NCBI GenBank assembly: GCA_976226885.1
Contig: OZ320313.1
Span: 46,314,001 to 46,378,000, forward strand
Direction of reading: 5' to 3'
DNA length: 64,000 bases
Source of the DNA: Iphione sp. A-MEVVRFRX5
Lineage: Eukaryota
Both the position numbers and the translations under genes were made by a program. Below, in pieces: positions 36,001 to 48,000 of this stretch (the first letter of the stretch is position 1; each line of letters starts with the position of its first letter). The notes beneath the pieces were generated by a model. It saw nothing but the letters and a program-made list of their open reading frames with translations, did not search any database and had not been told where the DNA came from.

Positions 36001-39000
36001 AATGGATAGAAACTACTATAGCCAATCAGCCATTAACCCTGTCTCAGACACAGCAACAAACCTCCCACTGCTAGCGGACAACACTGCAGATAGGGTTTAC
36101 GTGTTATGCCAGCAGCCTGCATACTGCTTAAAATTAGACCAAATTTGTCAATAGTTCTTACATGACTACGTTAGCTAATTAAGGGGTGAAATTTCAAAGA
36201 ACAGCTACAACACGAGCAGACACGGACTGATTTAGGGAGAAGGGTTGCTTTGTTTGAAACGCTCATAACTGCCGAGTGGTGCCAAAGCTAATAATAAAAA
36301 GGAGGACACGTTCTCCTTTTCAGCCGAGCATTAGAGATCTTTCAAACACATTCCCAAGAACATTACCTCCTTCTCAGAATCTTATCTGGAGGAGGCCTAC
36401 TCCTCGCGGAAAACGACAAGTGTAAAAGGAGGAGACAGCAGGGATGCGGCACATCGGTAGCTAAGACCTTTACCTGCATAAAACCCTTAGCCATGAGTAT
36501 CTCGTGTGATAATGCAGACGGCCTTCTTATGAGAGGCCATGTAGAGGCGAAGCAGCGACCCTGTCCAGGCACAAACGCCCCTTGTCATCAGAGCGGCTGC
36601 AGTCGATGCTCGTCCGTCTAATGGCACCGTATCCTTCACAGCAGCCCACTGTCTAGCAGTGCTTGCCCCTCCAAATCAAATGCCCGTAAGACATAGCGAC
36701 TGTGCCATACGAAGGAAGCAGCACAATATTAATAGCAAAGGCCATGTTATATGGTACCCGTGTGAACAAAACACGCACAGAGCTACCTTCATAAATACCT
36801 ACTATATCAAGAACTGAATAAACATGAATGCTTAATTTAAGGCACGCCCCTAGTTGAAATCTAGCCTCCAACATTAACGACAACACCATCTCCAACCTTT
36901 AGTTGGAGAGAGGGCAAAAGTTAAGCTGCCTCATCACCTGGACTTATAAATGGTGCAGAGATACTAACTTCTGAAGTTATGCATCTATAATTAAATGCCT
37001 CAATTTATTAAATGAATCCAATGTGCATTTAAAATTGACCCACGACACAACGGTCCATTACGGAAACGGTCCTTTTTCTTTATGTCCTTAAATATGGCAG
37101 TGAAATATAACCATAATAATTGGAGACGATAGGTGAAAGATGAAGCATACTATGGTGCGGTGCACAAAGACGGTCCCACACAGACAACGACGCTGGGCAG
37201 GACGCTCTTAGATGCCTGTGCCTTTACTGACTGGTGTGATCCGTCATACTTCCCTTGCATGTCACTGCCAACGAGCTTTTCCCATCGTTGCGCCGCTGCT
37301 CAAGACCAAGAGACGTGGGAGCGAAAAATTGAAGTAATATGGAGAAAAATGCCGTATTATGTTTTCCTTTCCGCACACCGTCTACTATTTTCACACGCTG
37401 TACTTATTTTTGGCTGTGCCTCAATGCCCTTCCTTTATTGCATCTTACAAATGGATGGACATGAAAATGAGGCCGCAAATTTAAGAGCTCCATAAGCAGG
37501 AAAATGACGGTACGGCGCCGCTCCGGATCTTGAAATAATGACCCAACAGGTGGGGGTGGTGCCTCCTAAAGGAGAAGATATACTTTTGAATGCAGCATGA
37601 TGACGCCCAGCTCCTGATAAGCACATACGAGTAATTGCCGCTAACACGACAGCAGTTAGGTGTCAGTAATGTTCGTCGGGAAAACAACCTTATATGTATA
37701 TATCGTTTTTAATCTTCCATTTCTTAGAGATTACCAAGCGGTGGTAATTATTTTCGCATTTAATATCATTCCATCTCGTCTTGCGTCTTCTAGATGGTAT
37801 AATTTAAGAGAAAATATCATAGTTTTATCATAGTGGCACAAAGTGAAAAATGTTGCTCCTTCAAGTACATCACTATTTTATGAGTAACTACACAAAAAGT
37901 GGAAAATAGTTAATATCAATATCATGAACACTGTTTTCGCGCCGGGGATTTATCTGCGACGAGCAGAGTTGATGGTTTATCATACTAAGCTGTTCTGTTC
38001 TGCTTTTGTTTCCAGTTCTCATCATCGGTGCCGTCGTAGGTGGTCTCATCTTCGTGATTCTCGTAGTCACTGGGGCAGCGTTCTTCTGTGCCAGGTAGGA
38101 CCAAAAGGATTTAAAACCCAACACATTGATAGGAAAATCATCAACAGAATATTTTTTTTCAAGTCTATTTTAAAATGGGGAATGTGTCAGACCATAAACG
38201 TTGAAGCCTTTCATGAACCGTGTCCATGTATCTTATGCAAGCACTGAGGGGGATGTTACATTGATTAAGTCAACACAACGGGACTATCACCTTCCTTTGA
38301 CTATACTGTCCAACAGCTCATATATTCACTCTTAAGTGGTTCTTAGCATCATAAATAGTTTATGCCTTAATGTAAACGGACTCATTGGTAATTCAACCCA
38401 GTAAAACGCGTCGTTCTACATCATTCTTCGTCGGGCTTTACAACGTAACCCCTTCTTTTGTCGTATGAAACAACATCAAAATGTGAAAGGAAGAATGTGC
38501 CAGGAAGCCTAGAGAAAGCCTCTGCTGGTCCGACTTCCCTTTGCCTGACGGCCCGCTATGGTCTTAGCGAAATGGCTTGCGCTTGTTTTTTTCTCTCTCC
38601 CATCCTCTTCCTAACGAAAGAATGACATTGCCTCGATCGCTGCTGCAATAGAACGGCCGTACCCATGGTCTATAGCGCCGCCGATAGCCTCGTTAATGAG
38701 GGAAGCTTACCCGCCCGGCCACTTGCGCCCGAGGAACAAGGCCACGTCGACTGACTATCTCACATCAAAGGGTCAATCTAGCACGAGCGGTTCGGGGCGG
38801 CGCTTGCCGCTCTCAACAGCCCGATAAGCGTGGCCGCCGGTTGACCGCTCCTGTTGGCGCATGGTTGGCATCGCCTCGGCTCACACGGAGATTACCTTTC
38901 CCTGACTTCAGCTCACGCCTACGTGCCTACACGGCTGGAAGTACATGCGCACTGTGGGACATACATCGGGCGAGGGAACATTGGATCTCGGCCGTCACCA

Positions 39001-42000
39001 GTCTTGATCTCTAGCAGCGTGCTGGTAAAACCACGCAAGTAGGGTGTATTGAAACGGCAGCAAATTACACAGATGCGAACAGCAACACAAGAGAACACAC
39101 CGAACGAGGGAAACGCTTTCAATTTCTCCTCTGCTTCCTATTTTATCACGCGATATGAAAGCGCGGGTATCCATTTTCTGACCACACCGACCGAGTATGT
39201 AACCGCATCTACATCGGGCGAAATCGAATTCAGATCGTGTTAACTAAGGGCTGATCCTTCTTTCACCTGACATATGAAAGCAGCAGGGACTTTTCAGGTG
39301 GAGCCAGGTGGGGCCGAGCCACAACTGGTCGCTTGACATTAATCTAAAACGCATGCTAGCGCCTTAACTGTTGGCTATACCGGGCACGACCAGACAAGTC
39401 AGCAGATCTTATCAGGCGATATGTCAAGAGACAGACCGGCATATAGCCAAGTCAGACACGCCCTGCAGTGTCCCTGGGCGACACTCAGGTGGTAGGGAAG
39501 TCTAACATCAACTGCTGCGCAGGGCTACACCGTGTGTTCCATGTGAAACCCTTCCAGGTGTTTTTGACTCAGTATCCGCCTTGCCAGATCTCTAAACGCC
39601 TCGAGTACAAAATGACGACAATCAGCACCAATGCTACACCCACAACCACCACTAAACCGCGACGACCATCACAGTCGCAATGTACAGAACGGTGAAGAAT
39701 ACTGCGGCTCATACCAACCAATGTGCTGTCCCCGTCGCCTACCTCGGCGCCCCTTCGGCTATCCACTTTCCCAGCTTTCATTTATCCCCATCCTCATCAT
39801 GTTCTCAACTCGACGCGTCTTCATTATTGAACAAGACCTGTCTGGTGTCACCTCAACCCTCACTGCATATTTATTTCAGTTCGACGGCCCTTCCGTTCCG
39901 CTGCTTCATCTGCTCGCCCATTCATTTTCTTTGCGAATCGTACCACTCACGCTACAACTTAGGAAACGTGATTTAAGTTACTCACCGGCTTACTTGTTTT
40001 AAAAAAATGACGACATAGTGTTTTAGTCGGTCTGGCCAGTATTTTACCACACACTAGACTGACTATATATGTACATGTACGTGTATGTATTGGTGCGCTT
40101 CGTGGCTTACACGAAAACTGTACCTAATGTTAAATGTACAAATAAGCGACGAGTTTGCCTTTCCTGATCCAATCAGAACAGGACTGCAGCTGCCGTCTGT
40201 CTAATATTCCCTGGCAGCATTAATTCAATGAAAATTTAAACCGCATAAGTTTGATCTTGTCTCACGACGATTAAAAACAAGACCACGGTACCAGGGACAT
40301 ACATATTAACCGCACGCCACAATATGGCGGCCCAATGGCCTGGGTAATTTTAATCAGGGGAACGAATATATGCATCGGACCTTCTCAGTTCTTCTTTCGT
40401 TACTGCCCCATGGGTCTCACGACGCGGAACGGCCCCTTCTTGTCGTGCAAATCCACCGGGGACGACTGACTTAGAGGGATGCGCAGCTTGATACGATAGA
40501 CGGGCAATGATCGCCACCATCCCCAACTGCCTGCGTTCCTTTTTAATGCGGATCGCATGTTCGCCTCGCGACGCGCACTGGCGAGGGGGGAGGGGACCAT
40601 TCTGATAAATTGTTATTTAGCTCGTTTTACAACGACATCATCTTGAAAGATCCAGGCTGCTGCCGCTGCTACTGCTACTACTGTTGTCTGCTGCTGCTAG
40701 GATGCTACCAAAGGCGCTATTTCCCACACTGGTCCCATTTTGATGCTGCCACAATCGCTGTAAACACTGATATTACAGTGGCTGGCCGTCAGCCTCCGAC
40801 CACTCGTCTCTCACTTACTTAGGTGCACTGCGGCTAGTAACAAGATCCTAATGTGGTTGTCAGGGATACCAGAATTAAGGGTTGGTTGCGAGCACACCTG
40901 TAATGACTTCCATCTACACCTGCGCCCGTTATATATCACAACCTTCCGCGCACTGCCGGTCTAAACTGCTACGCTGCAGTGATGCATACAAACAATCATG
41001 AGCTCGGTTCTGACATTAACCACAGGCGTCGCTTGTGTCCGTATATAAGTAGTATGGTCCGCGCGATAATCGCTGTGGCGTAGCTGTTTCGAAATGACAT
41101 CTACGCCATTAGCAGGCCTCTAAGCACTATTGTCGCTTTAATCATGTTACTCTACTTCTTGTATATAGGCCGTCTTCCAGAAATTACGACTGCTTTCAAT
41201 TGAACGGGAAGACACAGCATGCGAGGCGGTTACACTGCTTACCCCGGCAAATGAATGTATGAGGTAGAGGACGTCTCGATTTATAGTTCTGTCATTTCTC
41301 ACGCTGAATGTGCCATCTGCCGCGGCCACGACCTGCATCAAGTAAACGACGAAATATACAATTAGCCGACGTTATGTATGGAGATATATCTTACGGAGGG
41401 GTGCACCCCCACATAACCTTGTTTGTACACGCTTGCCTTTTGGAACCTTATAAAAGGTTGGCAGGGTCGGTAATATACGTTTGGCAATAGCTCTCCAGCC
41501 GTATGCCAAGATCTGGGAATCTTTATGCATGTGCTATTCATTTTTTATACGGATTGCCTCTGAGTAGGATCACTATTCTCTACATGACAAGTCCCCCACC
41601 GCCTCTTCCCGACACACCCAATCCCCAGCACAGGTCACTCCCTGGAGAGCAATACATCGCAGACCGGATACAATTTCCACCATGTGGGACATTATAGGTC
41701 CATACAATCAGCACAATGCAGGACAGCAATACACGGGAGCTACATTTCATCTGACTCGGCGTGGATGCTGGTTATTGCTGAGGAGCGTTTACAGGCGCTG
41801 TCTACGCGGTGTTGTTACGGTTGTGGGTGCGTGGGTGGGGTGCGGAGGGCCTCTCGCTGCCCTGATCGGGACTGTCCTCAGCCGGGATGGATGGCAGGGT
41901 TGATGGAAGGGCAGGATGGTGGTCGCCCAAGGAGAGGCAGGTGGAGACTGCGTTGACAGGTCGGTCGACCAAATCAGGTGGCTGAGACTTCAATGCAGAT

Positions 42001-45000
42001 GATCTATACAGCAGGGAAGGCGCGTGTGTGTTTGGGGGGCGAGTGGGTGTAAGACGCCCGTATGGATTATTAACACTACGAGGTGAGGCCGAGGCACGTG
42101 ACTGAGCTGCTCCCAGCGGTAGATAGCCAGCCGTGCCGTCGTTGCCCACCACCCCCAGAACATGATGACAACTCCTCCTTCTGTGTCACCCGGGAGTCGG
42201 TCGAGCAGGTTCTCAGGAGAAATCAAGCGACTGACGCCTTGCCACGTGTTAGGTGAGCAGTCGGTGGCCTCCTACCCTTCCGCGTGCCACCAATACCGCA
42301 GTAGTGAACCCCTATACCACCATCGACAGCAAGTGCGATCACAGATACGGACCGGCCATCACTCCAACATAAAAACAAAAAAAAGAATACCCATAAAGTG
42401 TTTTCGTGGATTTCCAGTAGGAACAGCAATGTCGGTGTGTCAGAGCTGTGGACGGTTCTAAAACACGCAATGCATACGTGTGCCTGCCAAAAAGGCTCCG
42501 ACTTAAGGACCTGATAAAAAATTACCACATGGGAATCTTTCTATTCCGGAACAAAGGACCATGCATTGACATACAGTATGGAGATACATCGGTCCAAAAA
42601 GCGAATTAGGTTACAAAAAAAAGCACACCAGAATAACATGACAGGCAGAAATACTTACCCACAAAAAGGTGGCAGGTTGTTAGATCGGACTAGGTATAGG
42701 CCCCGCTAAAACACGCCGCGTTCTGTCTCACGTGCAACGTGACCTGCGTGTCCTGTGACAGGGCAGCCCGCCATGGCATGTCCCTTGATCCGACGGGGCG
42801 TGGGAGGGAGGGGGGGAAGAGCTGCTGAAAGATGGCTCAGTGCTGGCGGGAATGTGGAGCAGGGTGCATGGGTGGGCGGGTGCATGGCTGCTGATCCTGT
42901 ACACGACATCCTCCACCTCTTCCTGGCGACAAGACCAATGCGCCCCCCCCCCCCAACATCCCACCGTCAGGAACACCCAGGCTTCTGAATCCAGCGGGGA
43001 AAAAAATTTCAAGATTGAGTCTTGACTGCCATTCCCGTCTCGCTCTCTGTGTGTAACTCCCACTGTGGCCCAATCTCTTATTCTCTCGCCCGCCTTCGAT
43101 CCATCTCTTGCCGTCCGTTTTTCTCTGCTACTCTCTCCGTGATTAGCGATGCTTTGTGAAAGCTAATTATCAGAGCCCGAGAGGAGTCTGATGCGGCGCT
43201 GGCGGTGGAAGAAGAGCTTTAAAACGTCTCGGCGCCACGCCCTGAATAAAACACGGACCGACGCGGAAACCCGAAGAGGCGCAAAATGGCATCGCTCTAT
43301 TCAGACGAATCCCACGACTTTCTAGGATGGTCTCCTAATGCAGGCTCATTAGTGCTCGTGATTCATGCCTGAGATCGGAGCCTAAGTGGCCGCTACGGAA
43401 ATCTGCCCCGGGATTCAGTGACTCGCGTGAAAATAATCGTTTAATTAAGTTCTTTATACGTGCAAATGATAGGCCTGTTTGTATTGATAAACAAACACAG
43501 TCGAATGGGGAAAAAAATTCTATCGCGGCAAATCCGGCTCCCAAAATAAAAGAGGAACAACACTATTTAGAACCCGAGCAACATTGAGAACTTTGGGCCG
43601 AGGCTGCCATTTAAAACGAGAAGTACCACTGGTCTTTCTAACTTGTCTAATCGGACATATGTATCATGTTTAGATGCAAACGGCATACCAACATCTGGCA
43701 CAAGTGGGACACTAACTGTGAATGGTGCTTTCAGTTTTTTTTTTCAAGATGTAGTGAATCTATATCCTCACTTGAATATCACAGTCATAACATATTTTAA
43801 GCGTGATTTATTGAGACCGAATGGCCAACTCGGTTGGCCTTCGTGATTAGCCATGTCTGCTAGCGTTAGCCTGAGGTCCAAAACGTTGGAAAATTACCCC
43901 AGTGGGCTTAATAAGCTTCACTTCGGGTATTGTGCGCATGTACGGTCGCAGGTGAACAAGGTCCAGGTCAATCAAGGATTGCAATTTGCAGCCGCTATCA
44001 GGTGACCATTATACCGACCTAGGGCGCTTGACATCCACAGCGACCACTAAATCGGCACAGCGTGAGAGGCAACCACGCCTTCCTTATAGAGAAACTCTCA
44101 TTCAATGCTGTCTGCCATGGGCTCATCGGTCAGTCGCGGCAGCGCAGGAAACCCTCGGCTAAGAGAAAAGTAGGAGGCAGAGCAGTGGCTCGTGGGTTGG
44201 GCGAATGGACTCGGAGAGATCCTATTGAAATATTGCCCGATTCTTTAATCTGACATGCCATTGAGGAGGGTAATGTGATGGCATTAGGATGGGCAAGCGT
44301 CGCACCCAGCAAAACGAAAGCGAGCGGCACCGCACTGTAAACCATAGCGCCGCGTAGGGGCCGAGGTGGTATAGTTGGCAGGACGGGCCTTCTCCACTGG
44401 GGATACTCGTTCTGCTGATGTATCTATTATACCTCAGACTGGACGGTGGCGGCTAAAGCTACAGCAGCAGCTGGTTCCACGGTAGCAGCAGAAGCCCTGA
44501 CGAGCAGAGCTGTAGGAACAATGTAGCCGTCCCTTCCTTACGCCGAACAACGCTTCCTGTGAGCAATACAAGTCAAACACTGTGTCCGAGATTTACACGT
44601 CCTTATAACGGGAGCGTATTAATCTGGGCGTCACCTAACGTCGTCAACGCGTCCTTCCATTGCTTCAACCCCCTGCGGCTAGCGGTAATAATCTCACTTT
44701 CCCACCCGCTGTGAATTATCTATAGACACGTCGCAGAGGATACTAAATTAAAGAAAATAAAATAAAAAGAGAGAGAGTGGCAATCAGGAGATGCGTTTCT
44801 TAGACACCGATAGCTCAAGAGCCCATCAACACAACCACTGTTTTGGCGCTGCTATGCCGTCCACTTGTGGAAATTTGTTCTGATAGTAATCAGTAAGCCA
44901 GTGCTTTAACAAATGTGGCTAAGAATATCTCCGGAGACAATAAGTGTATGGGGACATTGATCAAACAACGGATGGGAGAAGGAGAAGAAAAAAGCATGTG

Positions 45001-48000
45001 ATCAACCCAAAGAGAGGGGGGAAAACGAAAACGAAAAAAGGTTGATCTTCGCATTAGCAAAACGTCAGCCGCCAAAATATGATGGCGCATACGTAGTCAG
45101 CTTTTACATGTGTATATCGTCAGCCCCGGAGGCCTGCAGCATATTTACAGGCAGTATGACAAAAGGACGAGGGGTCCATGACAAGCCACAGTGGGAGCAC
45201 ATGAATGGCGTCCTATTGGAGATAAGCCCTCAGAATATATCAGCGCTGACGTCGCTTACAAGGCTAGCGCCAATGAAATGGTGTGGTGCCGGTGACCCAG
45301 GAGCTCCCGCTTTTGTGAACGACCACTGCAGTGTACATGCATACAGCAGCGGCCCCAAAACAACTACGTTTTAACGGACTGCTCTCCTCTAAGCTTTTCC
45401 GGAATGGCACACACAAGTATATGGAGCTGTAATCCATTTAGATGCTTTGTGTGTTGTGTATAGGTCGATCTGATCAGCCTTGCCAGCGTCATCTATCAGA
45501 TTCACTCTATGCATATTGACAGTGTCTCACAGGTGGTTCTTCATGTAAGGAATCTATCATTAAACGACGACTTCTAAACATGCATATTATAACACAGTGC
45601 GAGATAGACCCATATACACATCACAAACACGAGAAAGTTATAGATGGCGTAGCTCTTGATATACTGACCATATGTTTCATATCTTAACGAGACAGTGTAC
45701 AGATGGTAATGAACGCTGACGAGTTTAGATGGGTTCATATACATATTTCTCCCTCCTGAATATCGTTGGGCTGCGGGGAAAGGTTACCAGGGTAGCTACG
45801 CACTACCTGTGTATATGCAAATTTGAAGTTGGCGGCTAAGTCACTTTAAGAAGATGCAGACGGTCCATAAGCCAATCAGTCAATGGCCGATCGGTGATGA
45901 ATGTAACGTCAACTTGTCATTGCTCATCGGGGGCCTCTACTCCTCCTGACTCTCAGGCGGAGTCTCTGGAGGAGATCCACCGAGGAAGGACAAGATATGG
46001 CATCTACCTAGTGCCTATCTGTGAGGCGTGCACTAATCCCATTGTTCGTATATGATCCCTTAGCCCGCCACTCAACGTCAGCTGGTCGTCCTCCACAATC
46101 AACGTGAAGACGCGCGCCGAATTCAACGCGTCATGTATCGGCACGAAAAGGACAATCTGCACAAAGCATAATTATGAAAACGTCAGCAGTGAAGACGCCC
46201 GCCGCGAACAAACACACCGATGATTACAGAGCCGAACTGAATTCTAATTTCGCAGGATCTAATTTGGATGTAGCGGATTCTCAACGCTGTTACGCAGCAG
46301 AAAGAAGATATTCCCATGCTGCCGTCTCGAAAGACTGAGACGTTTTGTTGAAAAGCACTAAGATGAGAGGAAGCGATTAAGCACGGAAGGGCAGAAAGTT
46401 ACTTGAATTATTAAGGTTCTCTCTCTCTGAAGATGAAACAGGGACTGTTTGCTTCCTGTGTCTTTCCAACACCGCTTGTTCGTACGCTACACGAGTAAGC
46501 AAATAGCTCTGACATGCCTGATGTAAGATACAGATTGAAAATTGCGTGAGATTATGATCTGGTGTAGAAGCAATTGCATTTCTCCCTGGTAAAGAACTAA
46601 TTATGAATAAACCAAAGCTCAGTAACTGTTACTAATGTACTAAAGCTCAGATTGCTTATCTCATTTTACATCTCTCACTCTCCAAACTTTGCCACGCTTA
46701 ATTTTCACTATATATACACATATAGGAATACGGATAAAGAAGTAAATTCCATTGCTATATGAATAACACATTTATGTAGTATAAATACTAATACCCTGGA
46801 CGAATGACGCTACTTATTGCTATACACAAGCCAAACTACTGATACTTAGTCACCGAGAAGGAGAAACACGAAGCGATTTGTCACTTGTGTGTCTGGCATA
46901 GCTCCCAGTGGGTAGTACGATACAAAAACTACAACGATCTCAAAAGTAATAAGTCGGATGTTGACAAATCGGCTCGTGTAGGTCTCACAGCTTTTTAACC
47001 GCAGAGCATCTTTTTTGTACTAACTACACCCAGACAACCTTTCAGACGGCGAAAGGCTGCGGCTGCTGCTGCTGCAGCCTCCCTGCCCATGGGCGGACCA
47101 CACACCTACGAGTCTACCGTCCACAAGCTGCCCCCGCCGCCACCAGGTGGCAATCCGTACGCCTTCCCCCGCTACGGACCTTACGGACCAGTCGACCCGA
47201 ACGGAAGTGACGACAACATCTACTGTGAAATCCCAGCCGATCACGAGCCGGAGCCTTCGCCTCATATGTACAGACACCACTACAACCAGAACCACTACAA
47301 CCAACCCCACCTTCACAACCATCACCACCACCACCACCACCATCACCACCAACAACAGCACCACACCCCTTATCGAGCACTTCGATTGTGATTATTGCCA
47401 ACCATCCTAAGAATAAATGAAGCCCCTGCCCAGAAAGGGGAAAAAATTAACTACTTTGAGGACCATGAACGTGAACCAAATCCACCCCCAAACAAATTGC
47501 ATGATAACCCTTTAACAAAGGACTGTGGAAGGCACTGCATTAGGTACATTGAAAGATCGCTATCGTCTGATTATCGACACTATGAGAGTAAGTTGACAGT
47601 CGATTTTTTTCTGCCCAAAGTAGTGATTAGAGAAGATGGTTGGCAATGTTGTTTTGCACGCTTTAAACACCTGTTTAGTTGCACACGTCATCCACTTTAT
47701 GCGTACCCCGCAAACCGTGTTGTCATGAACTGAATGTGCATGTTAGTTTTTCATTCAATATGCCCATCTTATTAGGAAACGACGAATCAGATTGCTTTGT
47801 TCTTTTCATCCGAGTAGCGAACACACAGGGCAAGTTCACGCCCATCTCAGTTACCTGTGGTGGATAGCTCCATATCACACATTGGGAGAGCGAAGAAAAC
47901 CACTTCTCTTACTGCTGGATCACAGCACAAAGGACCAAGGTCAGAGTGGTGTCGATATTCTCGATTCCCTTCATTGACCCATTCTGAAGTTCTCGACCGT

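Noticed and set aside
40636-40830. Cys-rich (CCRCYCYYCC) or poly-Leu frames
   Set aside because: Low-complexity CTG/CTA repeat; the phase does not fit the TM exon in a tail-like frame.
42840-43025. Plus-strand signal-like ORF (MWSRVHGWAGAWLLILYTTSS...)
   Set aside because: Weak hydrophobic core and no phase-1 donor; ends in a stop.
44130-44345. Minus-strand ORF starting with a signal-peptide-like segment (MVYSAVPLAFVLLGATLA)
   Set aside because: No convincing splice donor or recognisable domain; cannot be distinguished from a chance ORF.
47020-47364. Minus-strand poly-Val 'TM-like' ORF (MVLLLVVMVVVV...RRRLRL)
   Set aside because: It is the antisense shadow of the His-codon repeat in tail exon 1.
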